From Mobula hypostoma (lineage: Eukaryota), in NCBI RefSeq assembly GCF_963921235.1, contig NC_086101.1, positions 2,668,001 to 2,732,000 of the forward strand: a DNA stretch of 64,000 nucleotides. The letters run 5' to 3'. Each line of letters opens with the position of its first letter. The first letter of the stretch is position 1. Of this stretch, positions 26,468-39,125 are shown in pieces. The notes beneath the pieces are model-generated. The model made no database searches, was not told the DNA's origin, and saw only the letters and a list, made by a program, of their open reading frames with translations. The position numbers were made by a program, and so were the translations under genes.

Positions 26468-26639
26468 GTAGGGGACGTGAGAGAAACAGGAATGGTTGGC
26501 GGGCGGCGAAGCAGATCTGAGAGTCTGAATGGAGGGATTGCCTTTGTAGTGAAGAACTGCTGGATGCTCGAATATGAACTGTAACTTCACTACTGCAGGC
26601 CAGCCCAGTCTACCAGAAGACATACAAGCAGAATTCCAA

Positions 26640-27900
26640 ACCTATTCAATCTTTCCTTGTCACTCAGATCCGTCTGACTGAGCAACATCCTTGTAAACGC
26701 TCTCTGTACTCTTTCAACCTTCCTTATATCCTTCCTGTAAGTAGGTGACCAAAACTGCACACATTTCTCCAATTAGGCCTCACCAAAGTCTAATACAACT
26801 TCAACATAACATCCCATCTCCTGTACTCAATACAAAGGGCAAAGAGCCAAAAGCTTTCTTTACAACCCTACGTACCCATGGCAGCACTTTCAATGAATTA
26901 TGGACCAGTCATGTCCACACTGGTCAGTGCCCGACCGTTCACCATGTAAGAGCTTCCCTGGGTGGTCTGACCTCACACTCGTCTGCATTAAATTCTAACT
27001 GCCATTTTCAGCCCATTTTTGCAGCCTTTCCAGATCCCCCTGCAAACCAGGATCGCCTTCTTCACTCCCTACTAACCCCCAATGTTAATGTCATCTGCAA
27101 ATTCTCTGATCCAGTTTACCACATTATCATCCAGATCATTGATACAGATGACAAACAACAATGGACCCAGTACTGATCCCTGTGGCACACCACTAGTCAC
27201 AGGCCTCCAGTCAGAGAGGCAACCATTTACTACCACTCCGTGGCTTCTCCCACAAAGCCAGTGTCTAATACAATTTACTACCCCATCTTGTCTCTGAAGT
27301 AACTGCAACACCTTGGCCAACTTCCCATGTGGGAGCTTGTCACATACAAAACTTGTACTCTCAAAATTTTAATTTTGATAGCAGCTCACTTACCAAATAC
27401 ACCTTTGCTGGAAAGCAGCCTGTCCCAATCCACACTTGGCAGATCCTTTCAGAATTGGCCTTTCTCCAGTTTAGCACCTGAACCCATGGACCAGACCTAT
27501 CTTTTTGCACAGTTACTTTGAAACTAATAGCATTGTGATCACTAGATTCAAAGTGTTCTGCACAAATTTCTGTCACCTGCCCTGTCTCATTCCCTAATAG
27601 CAGATTTAGTATCTTGTTGGGACTCCTATGCACTGGTTGAGAAAACTTACCTGAACACATTGGATAAACTCTATCCCATCTAGTCCTTTTACACTATGAG
27701 GTTCCCAGTCAATATGTGGAAAGTTAAAATCACCTACTCTAACAACCTTGCAACAGTCTGTAATCTCTCTACAAATTTGTTCCTCTAAATCCCTCGGACT
27801 GTTGGGTTATCTGTAATATGATCCCATTATCGTGGTCATACCTTTGTTATTTCTCAGCTTCACCCGCAATGCCTGAGTAGACGAGTTCTCCAGCTTACCC
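26640..27900 (-). mobile_element. Degraded CR1 fragments, intronic
   Basis: 'SGVPQGSVLGPLLF...FADD', 'SDHNAISF', 'CVQFWSP'. Confidence 0.88.
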
Positions 27901-28466
27901 TGACAGATGGTGATACCATCCCAACCGCTCTGTGGCTTTGTGGAGGGATCAATCAGTTGAGATACAGTGGCAGATACGTAAGGTTACCTTCCAGATTGAA
28001 CAGCATGGGTACAGATCTGCTGTCTGTGATGAACTCAGAGGCTGAGGTAGCACAGATGTAAAGGGAAGGTTTATATGGTGTGGCATCATGTGGTGGGTCA
28101 GACAATAGAAAACAGCTGGAAATAGAAAATTAAAAGATTATCGAACCTTTCCCTCCTGCAAAGTCCTGAAATTTCCTTTCATCTTTGTGCCTGCCTATCC
28201 ATGTTACGTCCCTAATGTATCTGTCTCTACAAGCAGCCTTGAAGCGCCTTCCTCAGGCCCACCACTATCTGTATCAAAACCTACTTCTGCCATCCCCCGA
28301 GTACACTGCAGATATTTCATGATTCAGACCCACTTGTAGCATTTACTTAATTGTACAGCTTAAGCCTCAGAAGTTAGCTGATGATATAACAAAACTTCCA
28401 GGTTTGGGTATATTAGTGTTCCCAGTGAAAAGTAGAAAAGATTACAATCGTATTTATCACCCTCAG

Positions 28467-28588
28467 GTGTGAGAATCCAAAACACCAGACAATTTCTAAT
28501 CTCAATCACCATGGTTGGAGAGACCACAGTGTACATGATGCTTCCCAAGCAGCTTTGGGAAGACCCTCCAACACCAACAAACCCAGCT
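28467..28588 (+). CDS. SOUL/HEBP2-family gene, exon 5: (G)VRIQNTRQFLISITMVGETTVYMMLPKQLWEDPPTPTNPA
   Basis: caccctcag|GT...GCT|gtaagt, 122 nt, phase 1 to 0. Contains the SOUL 'LP.....PP.P.(D/N)P' motif. Confidence 0.9.
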
Positions 28589-28989
28589 GTAAGTACCAGC
28601 GGGACCTGACGGGATGCCATTTTGTCTCTGGTTCTCAGGCCGAGACCGACAGGGGGTCGGGCAGTGGGTGCTGAACTCAGAATTCAGGCAGAGGCGTAGA
28701 ATTTTAACCCGCTGAGCGAACAAGGGGGTGGGGTTGGGTGTCAGGTGCGGAACCAAGGGATGTCGGAATACAAAGAGCAGATGTTGGAGAGTCATTTCTC
28801 CGGGGAGACTCTGTGGGTCGGGTAGCTGCTGTTGGGGAGGGAGATGGATGGCGTTCACAACCCCTCCCGCCTCCACCAGCCCCCCCCCGCCAGGAATGAG
28901 AGTGGAGAGCAGAGCTGGCTGGTGTAAAGGACGGCCAGATGATTGTTGATCGGTGATGGGTGGAAAAAGATTGATGCCTTGAGACAGTG

Positions 28990-29935
28990 TCCATGGATTC
29001 AAGGACCGATCGGAAATCTGACGGCAGAGAGCAAGATGCTGCCCCTAGTTCAATGAGCGTGTGAGTTCTTGCCCCTGTGCCTCCTTATTGATGGTGGTGA
29101 TGAGAAGGGGCCACATCCTGGATGGTGAGGGGTCTTTGTGGTAAATGCCAATTTCTTCAGGCACCATGTTTACAAAATGCCCTTGCTGCTGGGAAGGCTG
29201 GTGCCCACGATGGAGCAGTCTGTGTCTCCAACCCTCTGTAGCTTCTCCCAACCCTCTGCGTTGGAACCTTCCTACCAGACGGTGATGAAACCAGTCAGAG
29301 TATTCTCCATGGCCCACCTGTAGAAATTTACTGGAGTCTTTGGTGATATTCTTTCTTTCTTTATTAATATTTTTATTGATTTAAAAGGAGCATACATCCA
29401 GTCAAGAGGAGAATTATCTCGAATATGTATATATGAGTAAAAATACAAACCGAGATTAAGATAGATATGGCCAAAATCATAGATATTGTTAAACTAGTAT
29501 AAAATATAGAATAAAAAAACTGAAAACAGCAATTCTCCTCTTCTCAGTATATGAGAAAAAAGAAAAGCATTAAGTTTTAAATGAAGAGGGAAAAAAACCC
29601 TCTATACTATATAAAAAAAACAAAAAACTGAAAAAGAGGGACTGGGCAGTCCATTTCGAGGATAGGAACAAAAAAAGAGGAAGAAAGACTTTCTGATCAA
29701 ATCTAAAACTTTGAAAAAAAAGGGTAATAAATCAAATTAAATGAAAATATTGGATAAAAGGTCGCCAGATTTGCTCAAATTTGAAGGATGTATCAAATGT
29801 CCGACTTCTTATTTTCGCGAAACTCAAACAGGACATAACGGAGGAGAGCCAGTAAAAGACAGTCTTTGGTGATATTGCAAATCTTTGGAAACTCCTAATG
29901 AAATATAGCTGGACATGCAATGTTCACACTACTAG
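28990..29935 (-). mobile_element. Rex1/Babar-like fragment hosting an L1 insertion
   Basis: Reverse similarity to 1-700; the sequence resumes after the TSD at 29876. Confidence 0.65.
29351..29860 (-). mobile_element. 5'-truncated L1/Tx1-clade LINE with a 16-bp target-site duplication
   Basis: ORF2 C-terminus 'FYWLSSVMSCLSFAKIRSRTFDTSFKFEQIWRPFIQYF', T-rich 3'UTR and AATAAA/A-rich tail; AGTCTTTGGTGATATT at 29335-29350 and 29861-29876. Confidence 0.8.
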
Positions 29936-30257
29936 AACGTGAGGCAATGGACTTCAGATCTCTTCTTGGTCTCACTATGGAAAACCTTGTCAGTGTGGGA
30001 ATTAGGAAGGGGCTAAAGTGCAACTGGAATCTCAGGACGGCTGTACAGACTGACAGCAGGGTCTCCAAACAGTCGTCCTGTCCACAGTTGGACTCAGCTA
30101 TGCAGAGGAGAGTCCTGGTGTTCAGGTCTGAAGGTCAAGTTCACATAATTGGAGAATCCTGGGGTAGTCAGAGATGAGAGTACTGGTGTTGAGGGGTGGG
30201 TGGAAGTGGGGATTGGACTGTCCCTGTTCCCATTTCTACGGTTTTTCAATCTTCCAG

Positions 30258-30406
30258 GTGTTCATAACTCATTTCCCGAGGATGGATGTGTTTGCCAGAA
30301 AGATTAGTGGGAATGCCATGATCGGGGCAAATGACTTCAACCGCACACTGACTGAGCAAAATGCCCACTTCAACAATTCCATGTTCTTCATAGTCACCTG
30401 CACAGG
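30258..30406 (+). CDS. SOUL/HEBP2-family gene, exon 6: VFITHFPRMDVFARKISGNAMIGANDFNRTLTEQNAHFNNSMFFIVTCT(G)
   Basis: caatcttccag|GTG...ACAGG|gtaggt, 149 nt, phase 0 to 2. Matches SOUL 'V.I...P.M.V(Y/F).R...G'; N-glycosylation sequons NRT and NNS. Confidence 0.9.
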
Positions 30407-32296
30407 GTAGGTCACACACTAAGATGTGTTGGTGGGACTGTCATGTGGTCAGTGGCCTACAGGCCAGAGGGTATCCTCTCCTAGTCGTTTCCCTGAAGGA
30501 CAGACCCTTGGCCGTTTGACCACATGACCCGCGAGTTAATCCTTGTTCCTCAGATTAATCTCAACGCTGGGCCTCCTCCACCACTCACTGAGATGTTGAT
30601 CCGATCCAATCAAGGAACCCCATCCGGAAGACACTTCCTGATCCCGGAATGTCAGACACTGTGGTTTTGCTCCCAGGACTCTATCCTGATCTGGAGTTCC
30701 CAATCGGGAGACTCGGATCCCAATTTGGGGTCAGCTGGAAACCAGGGTACCCAATCTGGGGCTCATTTCCTGATCCAGGGTCAGTCAGAGACTCGGGTAA
30801 CTGATCTGGGGCATTTTCCTGATCCAGAGTCAGCTGGAGACTGGGGAAACAGAACACAGATTTGGAGTATGCATCCTAACTGGGGTAACCGATTTGGGGC
30901 ATTTTCCTGATCCAAGGTCAGCCAGAGACCAGAGTAACTGATCTGGGAAATTTTCCTGATCCAGGGTCTGCCAGAGACTAGGGTGCCAGGGTACCAAACC
31001 CTGAGTCCACGTTCTGATCCCCGGTCGGCATAACACCAGACAGCTGAGCCAGAGGCCACTTCCCGATCCGGGTTTGGCTGGAGACCAGGGTTTGTTCATG
31101 CTGCACGGTGGGGTTTAAACTAGAGTTGCAGGGGGACGGGAACCACAGCGCCAGAACAGATAATGGAGAGGTCGTGGAGACCGATGTTGGTAAGACTTCA
31201 GACAAAGTTAGGAATCAAAAAGTTGAGTGGGGCGCAACTGGTGTCCTGAGCCGCATATATTTCAACGCATTAAGTATGGGAGGAAAGGTGAATGATAGAG
31301 CTGAAGATGAGGTAGCTGGTTTACAAACAGAGGCAACGTGTAGTGAGGAGAGGCTGTTGGTAGGGAAAAAGTGCAGACAACAGGACGAGTTACAATGTAA
31401 GAAGCAGATAAAATCGAAAAGGGTGAATACAGAACTGGAGGTGCTGTATTTGAATGTGTGCAGTATACGGAATAAGGCAAATGAACTCGTAGCACATTTG
31501 CAGATTGGCAGGTATGATGTTTGTAGGCATCACTGAATCATGGCTGAAAGAACGTTATAGCTGGGAGCTGAATGTCCAAGGATACACGTTGTATAGAAAG
31601 GACAGGCAGGAAGGGGGCGGCATTGCTCTGTTGATAAAAATGAAATCAAACCATTAGAAAGAGGTGACATAGGGTTAGAAGGTATTGAATCATTGTAGAT
31701 AGGGTTAAGGAACTGCAAGGATAAGAAGACCCTGGTGGGAGTTCTACACAGGCCCTGAAACAGTAGAAAGGATGTGGCCTACACATTTAAAAGGGAGATA
31801 GAAAATGCATGCCAAAATGGCAATGTTACAATAGTCATTGGAGATTTCAATATGCAGTAGATTGGGAAAATCAAGTTGGTACTGGATTCCAGAAGAGGGA
31901 ATTTCCAAAGTGCCCTCAAGATGGCTTTTAGAGCAGCTCATAGTTGAGCCCACTCAAGGATCAGCTATTCTCGACTGGGTGTTGTTCTATGAATTGGAAT
32001 TGACTAGAGAGCTTAAGGTAAAAGAACCCTTAGGGGAAGTGATCATAATATGAATTCGCCCAACTATTTGAGAAGCAGAAACTAAAGTCAGATGTACCAG
32101 TATTACAGTGGAGTAAAGGGAATCGCAGAAAGATGAGAGAAGAGTTGTCCAAAATTGATTGGAAAAGAACACCGGCAGGGATGATGGCAGAGCAGGAATG
32201 GGTGGAATTTCTGGAAGCAATTCAGAAGGCACAGGATATATTCATCCCAAAGAAGAATAAGTATTCTAAAGGAAAGATGACACAATCATGGCTAAT

Positions 32297-32685
32297 AAAC
32301 TGATTAGAAAGGCTGGCTTGGTTATAGGAGTCAAACTGGACACACTGGAGGCTGTAGTAGAACAAAGGACCCTATGGAAAATCCTGAAAATTATGGACGA
32401 TGATTCTCACCCTCTGCATGCCACCTTGGCTGAACAGAGGAGTACTTTTAGTATTAGACTAAGATGAAGAGCGCTACATAAGGTCATTCTTACCCTCGGC
32501 CATTAGGCTCTATTATGAGTCAACCTATAGCTGGGGAAGTGATAACCCCCTCCTGTTAGACTGTTTGTGGCAATATTATTAATTTATTTTTAATCCTTTC
32601 TTCTTCTCTTCTAGTATCTGTGAATTTATAATGCTGCTGTGACACTGTAATTTCATTTGGAATTAATAAAGTATCTAACTATCTA
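32297..32685 (+). mobile_element. Rex1/Babar-like 3' fragment nested in the CR1
   Basis: Coding remnant 'aaactgattagaaaggctggc...caccctctgcatgcc' and tail 'aataaagtatctaactatcta'; the CR1 resumes immediately after. Confidence 0.7.
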
Positions 32686-33751
32686 ACAAGAGAAGTCAAA
32701 GCCAAAGAGAGGACATATAATAGAGCAAAAATTAGTGGGAAGTTAGAATATTGGGAAGCTTTTAAATACCAACAGAAGGCAACTAAAAAAGTAATTAGGA
32801 AGGGAAATATGGAATACAATAGTAAGCTAGCCAATAATATTAAAGAGGATACCAAAAGTGTCTTTAGATACATAAAGTGTAAAAGAGAGGTGAGGGTGAC
32901 TATCCGACCACTGAAAAATGATGCTGGAGATGTAGTAATGGGGGACAATGAAATAGTGGATGAACTGAGTAAATATTCTGCGTCAGTCTTCACTGTGGAA
33001 GACACTAGCAGTATGGTGGAAGTTCCAGGTGTCAGGGGGCATGAAGTGTGTGAAGTGTGTGAAGTTACCATAACAAGAGAGAAGGTTCTTTGGAAACTGA
33101 AAGGTCTGAAGGTAGATAAGTCACCTGGACCAGATGGTGTAGACCCTAGATTTCTGAAAGAGGTAGCTGAAGAGATTGTGGATGCATTGTGATCTTTCAA
33201 GAATCACTAGATTCTGGAATTGTTCCAGAGGACTGAACAATTGCAAATGTCACTCCACTCTTCAAGAATGGATATTGGTTGGGAAGATGTTAGAGTCATA
33301 TATTAAGGACGAGGTCTCAGGATACTTGTAGACACATGATTATATATGCCGTAGTCAGCATGATTTCCTCAAGGGAAAATCTCGCCTGACAAATCTGTTG
33401 GAATTCTTTAAGGAAATAACACGCAGGATAGACAAAGGAGGATCAGTTGATGTTGTGTACTTGGATTTACAGAAGGTCTTTGACAAAGTGCCACACATGA
33501 GGCTGCTTAACAAGCTAAGAGGCCATGGTATTACAGGGAAGATTCTAGCATGGATAAAGCAGTGGCTGATTGGCAGGAGTCAAAGAAGGACTTGAAGAGA
33601 TTAAGAGAATGGGCAAAGAAGTGGCAGATGGAACGCAGAGTTGGGAAGTGTATGGTCACGTACTTTGGTAGAAGAATTGAAAGAGTTGACTATTTTGTAA
33701 ATAGAGAAAAAATACAAAAATCTGAGGCACAAAGGGACTTGGGAGTCCTTT

Positions 33752-33985
33752 CAAACAAGAGAAAATCTGCAGACGCTGGAAATCCAAGCAACACGCACAA
33801 AATGCTGGAGGAGCTCAGCAGGCCAGGCAGCATCTATGGAAAAGAGTACAGTCGATGTTTTGGACCAAAACCCTTCGGCAACCCTTCAGTCCTGCCGAAG
33901 AGTTTTGGCCCGAAAAGCCGACTGTATTCTTTAGGTACTGCCTGGCCTGCTGAGTTCCTCCAGCATTTTGTGTTGTGTGTATTGC
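33752..33985. mobile_element. Palindromic Penelope-derived short element nested in the CR1
   Basis: The left arm 'acaaaatgctggaggagctcagcaggccaggcag...' is the reverse complement of the right arm 'ctgcctggcctgctgagttcctccagcattttgt'. Confidence 0.75.
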
Positions 33986-34679
33986 AAGGCCTTGTGCAGG
34001 ATTCCCTAAAGGTTAATTTACAGGTTGAGTCCGTGGTGAGGAAGGCAAGAGGATGAGAATATAAAAGCAAGGATGTAATGTTGAAACTTTAGAAACACTG
34101 GTGAGGCCTTACTAGGAGTATTGTGAGCAAGTTTGGGCCTCTTATCTTAGAAAGGATGTGTTGAAACTGGAGAGAGTTCAAAGGAATTTCATAAAAACGA
34201 TTTCAGGATTGAATGGCTTGAAATACGAAGAGTGTTTGAAGGCTCTGGGTCTATATTCAGTCGAATTTAGAAGACTGAAGGGTGACCTCATTGAAACGTA
34301 TCGAATGGTGAAAGGCCTTGACTGAGTAGATGAGGAGAGGATGTTTACTCTGGTGGGAGAGTCAAGACCAGAGGACACAACATCAGAATAGAGGGACGTC
34401 CTTTTAGAACAGAGATGAGGAGGAATTTCTTTAGTCAGAAAGTGGTGAATCTGTGGAATTCTTTGCCACAGGCAGCTGTGGAGGCCTAGTCTTTATGTAT
34501 ATTTAAGGCAGAGGTTGATAGATTCTTAACTGGTCAGGGCATGAAGGGATACAGGGAAAAGGCAGGAAACTGGGGCTGAGAGAAAAAATGGATCAGCCAT
34601 GATGAAATGGTGGAGCTGACTCGATGGGCCAAATGGCCTAATTCTGCTCCTACATTTTATTGTCTTATAGTTATTTGAT

Positions 34680-35760
34680 TCCTCATTTTTTCTGAGGTTT
34701 CACCAACATCTGCCACCTCAATCTCTCCAGTAACTGCACTGGCACTCTGGTCCCCATTGTGCAGCATTAACAAATCTCCCCACCAGTATATTAGTCCACC
34801 CCAGTTCAGGTGTGCAAACCATCCCTTCTGCACAGGTCCTGTCTTCCCTGGAAGAGAGCCCAATGATCCAAAAATGTTATACCCTCCTTCCTAACACCAA
34901 TTCCTTCATTAAACTGTATAATCTTCCTATTTCTCGCCTCACTAGCACGTGGTGTGGATAACCTTCCTGAGATCACCAGCCTGGAGGTTCTGCCCTGTAA
35001 CGTAGCACCTCCCTCCCTGAACTCCCTTTACAGAATCTTGTCACTCTTCCTACCTATGTCATTGGTACCCATATGGACCATGACCTCTGGCTGCACACCC
35101 TCCCACCTAAGAATGCTGAGGACTTGACCCAAGATGCCCAGACCCTGGTACCCAGAGGCAACATGCCACCCAAGAATCTCGTGCCTGACCACAAAATATC
35201 CAGTCAGTCCCCTAACTAATGAATCCCCTACCACCGCAGTGTGCAGCTTCTTCCTCTCTTCCTTTCAGAGTCTCAAAGACAGATTCAGTGCCAGAGACCC
35301 GACCACTGTGGTTTTCGTCTGTTAGGTCAACCCCCTCCCCCTCCCCAGAAGAGTATCCAAAGTGATAGACCTGTTGTTGAGGGGGACGGCCACAGGGGTA
35401 CTCTGCACTGGTTCCTTAACCCCTTTCCCCTTCCTGACTGTCACCCAGTTTCCTGTGTCCTGCACCTTGGGTGTAACTACCTCTCTACATGTCCTGTCTC
35501 TCACCCCTTCAGCCTCTTGAATGATCCTGAGTTCATCCAGTTCCAGCTCCAACTCCTTAATGCGGTTTGTTAGAACTTCCAGCTGGATGCACTTCTCACA
35601 GTTGTTGCCATCAGAGACAGTGCAGATCCACATCCCACAATAGGAGCATTCGACTATCCTGTCTGGCATCTCTGTGCGGATAAAAAGAAGGGAAGGGAAG
35701 AAAACAGCCTGGAGCTTTTCTTTTCTTTGCATTCTCTGACTGAAACCTCAAAGAGCTAAA
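34680..35760 (-). mobile_element. CR1 5' region, ORF1 (zinc finger, leucine zipper and SGNH esterase remnants)
   Basis: 'VECSYCGMW...CEKCIQLEVLTNRIKELELELDELRII' and 'GDSLVRG...VHMGTNDIG'. Confidence 0.85.
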
Positions 35761-35775
35761 GCCTCAAGATTAGCT

Positions 35776-36325
35776 GTCTGATGATGACCACTCTGACGAT
35801 GACCACTGACTCTGTCCACTCTGACGATGACCACTCAGACGATGACCACTCAGACGATGACCACTCAGACGATGACCACTCAGACTCTGCCCACTCTGAC
35901 GATGACCACTCTGACTCTGCCCACTCAGACGATGACCACTCTGACGATGACCACTGACTCTGTCCACTCTGATGATGACCACTCAGACACTGTCCACTCA
36001 GACTCTGCCAACTCTGACAATGACCACTCAGACGATGACCACTCAGACTCTGCCCACTCTGATGATGACCACTCTGACTCTGCCCACTCTGATGATGACC
36101 ACTCAGACCCTGCCCACTCAGACGACGACCGCTCTGACTCTGCCCACTCAGACTCTGCCCACTCAGATACTGACCACTCTGACTCTGCCCACTCAGACGA
36201 CGACCGCTCTGACTCTGCCCATTCTGACTCTGCCCACTCTGACGATGGCCGCTCTGACTCTGCCCACTCTGACTCTGCCCACTCTGACGATGCCCACTCT
36301 GACTCTGCCCATTCTGACGATGGCC
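35776..36325. repeat. 15-bp minisatellite (GACGATGACCACTCA / GACTCTGCCCACTCT variants)
   Basis: About 36 visible units, including occasional 13-bp units. Confidence 0.95.
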
Positions 36326-36849
36326 ATTACACTTGCCCCTGCCTTCCTTTAACCTGGTCTTGCAAATCAATCCTGAATGTGGAAAAGAGATACATTATAC
36401 TGATGCGATCTACTGCTGTCTTTTTTCTGCTTGGGCAATGGACCTGAGTGAACTGCACTCCTCTCAACCTTCTGCTGTTTGGATGTTTTGGAGGCCAATG
36501 CTCTATTTAATCAACTATACACTTCATAATGCAGTGTACCTCAATCAAATATCCACTCATTTCACTAAACTGCAGAGAATGTAGCGTATTGAACCATTTC
36601 CCTGTTCCCCATTACTACTTCTCCAGCATGATTTGCAATTTCTCCAATGTCCACTCCGGCCTCTCGCTTATCCATCTGTATCCTAAAAGTCTGTTGGGCT
36701 CTTCATTGATATTATTGGCTTGTTTAACCTTGTATATCATCTCCCCTCACTGACTGGTTTATCTTTTGTCTGGGGTGTGCTAATCGGCCCTTTGTCTCTA
36801 TGCCGGTCACTCTAATTCTCTCATTCTTTCCCTTCACATTCTGACATAG

Positions 36850-36891
36850 GCGCATATTCGGAGGTGGCAGGATGAGACGCTCTGACAGCGG
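36850..36891 (+). CDS. Microexon A1, 42 nt, phase 2-2: (G)RIFGGGRMRRSDS(G)
   Basis: ctaat branch point, long polypyrimidine tract, ctgacatag|G...AGCGG|gtaagt; in frame with exon 6. Confidence 0.7.
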
Positions 36892-37580
36892 GTAAGTGAC
36901 GGTGGGAAGACGTGTCTGTGACCGGCTCGGAAAATGAACCGAATGCAGCCCCTGCTGAAGGAGAATGTGGTTAATGTTTAATGAGGGCATTTGGAGACAG
37001 AGAGAGAAAGAGAGAGTGAGAGAGGGAGAGAGGAAGATAAAGGGGGCATGGAGAGGGACATGGTGAGATAGAGGGAGACGGAGTTGGAGATAGGGAGGAA
37101 GAGGGAGATGAAGACACAGGGGGTGAGGGAGAAGGAGAGGGAGAGGGTGAATGAGGTGGAGAAGGAAATGCAGAGGGAGAGAATTAGAAAGGGAATGGGG
37201 GATGAAAAATTTGTGAAATACAGGAGGAAAATCTCCAGAGACCCAACAGCAAAGCGAAGGGGGTGGAAATATCCCGTGGGTCAGACAGTATGCTTCGGGG
37301 ACAGAGAAACGGGGTCAGTGTCCCAGGGAACTCTACCGTTGGACTGTCAAGTTCTGGCAGGGACGATGGAAACTGGAAGTGTGGAGCTTGACATTGAGTC
37401 CTGAAGTCTGCAAGGTTCCCAGATGGAAGGTGGGCTGGTGGTCCCCGGGCTTCCATTCAGCAGCTCTGGAAGAGTTGAGAAGTTGGGTGGGAGTGAGATT
37501 GTGGTGTGTGGGCTGAGACTGATGGGTAATCGGAGGATGAGGGGTCCCTAATTCTTTATTTTCTCCACAATCCCAAACAG

Positions 37581-37613
37581 TTCCTCAGATGCCAGCAGTG
37601 GGATGTTGCCAGG
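37581..37613 (+). CDS. Microexon B1, 33 nt, phase 2-2: (G)SSDASSGMLP(G)
   Basis: cctaattctttattttctccacaatcccaaacag|T...CCAGG|gtaagt. Confidence 0.7.
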
Positions 37614-38654
37614 GTAAGTCGATGTGGAACATTGTGTCAATGAGCCGGACGGTGACTGAACGGGAGACACTGCAGTATCGGTTGGCTGCTCTTGTGAGAG
37701 ATGGGTGGGGGAGATCTGATTGTGAGAGACACAAGCCCCTCCTCACACTGCTCGTCCAAGGGGAAGGAATGGTGTGAAAATCTTCTCTCTTATTTCGTAG
37801 TAAATGCCCAAGCTTGGTGTGATCACGGAGCCCTGGCATCGATCTTGGGGTTGCTCAGAGAACCCAACAGATTTTCAGTCACAGTCTCCCCTTATACAAA
37901 CTGTGTTGGTTTTAGCCTATCCTGTTATTAAAAGAATAATAGTCCGAAATTCCACCCTGCACAATAATTGTAAAATGTTAACAGCCATGAAGGTGAGAGA
38001 GACTGTATTTCCTTTGTTTTGCTTCCTTCCCTCGTGAAACAGCTTTGTTTGGTTTGCCAATTTCCAGTGCTCTGTGATTTCCCCTGACTCCTGTTGTTCC
38101 TGTAAGGGCAGTACTATTCGGATTTACTTAGCCTTCTCCCACAGAAACCTGGTGTGTTGTGCCGCTGGTCGAGGAGATTTACTCCTTTTCATGTGTTTCA
38201 TCTTCACTAACAGGTTGTACATTCCCAATGCCTCTCACTTCTGCTCCTGACTCTCCTGATTTTCAGGCATAGTTCTGGTCTCTTCCCATTTGAAGACAGG
38301 CATAATGTGCTCACTTTGAATCACAGAGTTACAGACACTACTGCAGAGAAAGAGGTCCTTCTGGTCGATGTACCTTTCCAAACTAATCCTAAGTGTTGCA
38401 GCTGGATCCACATCCAGGGTTTTTTCAGTAGCTCAGTATCTGAGTGAAGCTCCCCTCAAATATTTTCCACCATTCAGTCAGAAATATTGTCCTCTGGTTG
38501 TCATCTTCGTTCTAGCACTTCACACTCTATCTGATACAGATCTCCAGTATTGCTCTGGTTCCCAGCATTGTGCAGTTCGTCCCGGCCTTAGCTTTGAGAT
38601 ATTCCTGTCGGCACAGAATCACAATCCATGGCCCATGGGTGGTGTGTGGAATTG

Positions 38655-39125
38655 ACTACCTGTGAAATATTCCTCTCAGCGCAGAACTTATGGCCTTTGG
38701 TTGGATTGTGGAAAGAGAACATCTCTGATTTCCTGGAATGGAAAGTGATGTCCTGGGAGCGGATGGGGTGAAGCAAAGAAACTGAGAAAAGGGAACAGCA
38801 TTCTTGGAGGAGACAGGGTGGGAAGAGGTGTTATCGAGGTAACTGTGGGATTTATGTTGATGCACAGTTTGTCTCCAGAGATGCAGACAGAGAGGGTTAG
38901 GAATGGGAAGGAGATGGGCCAAGTGAATTGAAGGGCAAGGTGGAAATTGGAGGCCAAGTTGATAAAATTGATGAGCTCAGCATGGCTGTACGAAGCTGCA
39001 CCAATGCAGTCGTCTGGGTAGTGGAGGAAGAGTTAGGGAGTGTAACCGAACTTCAACGATTCAACACAGCCAACAAACAGGCAGGCCATGAGACTGCCCA
39101 TGGACATGCCTCGAGTTTGGAGAGA
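38655..39125 (-). mobile_element. Degraded Penelope RT fragment (also in copies 2 and 3)
   Basis: 'FHLALQFTW', 'SHSYLDNTSSHPVSSKNAVPFSQFL'. Confidence 0.75.

Larger units (their letters stand above)
31090..34670 (+). mobile_element. Long degraded CR1 (ORF1 end, endonuclease, RT, 3'UTR) with nested insertions
   Basis: 'VLYLNVCSIRNK', 'KSPGPDG', 'DLQKVFDKVPH' and a CR1 3'UTR; many stops and frameshifts. Confidence 0.9.

Noticed and set aside
27907..27977. Candidate exon with donor TAC|gtaagg
   Set aside because: The acceptor abuts CR1 sequence, and its 71 nt would break the exon 4-5 frame, which already joins correctly.
28359..28466. Open frame upstream of exon 5
   Set aside because: Phase incompatible with exon 4, runs into TGA, and shows no SOUL similarity.
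35776..36325. His/Asp/Ser-rich (SDDDH)n frame as an extra exon of the SOUL gene
   Set aside because: 13-bp units shift the frame and create TGA, and there is no convincing acceptor/donor pair.
37451..37526. Candidate exon ending GACTGATGG|gtaatc, resembling exon D
   Set aside because: Wrong exit phase and only 54 nt of intron before exon B.
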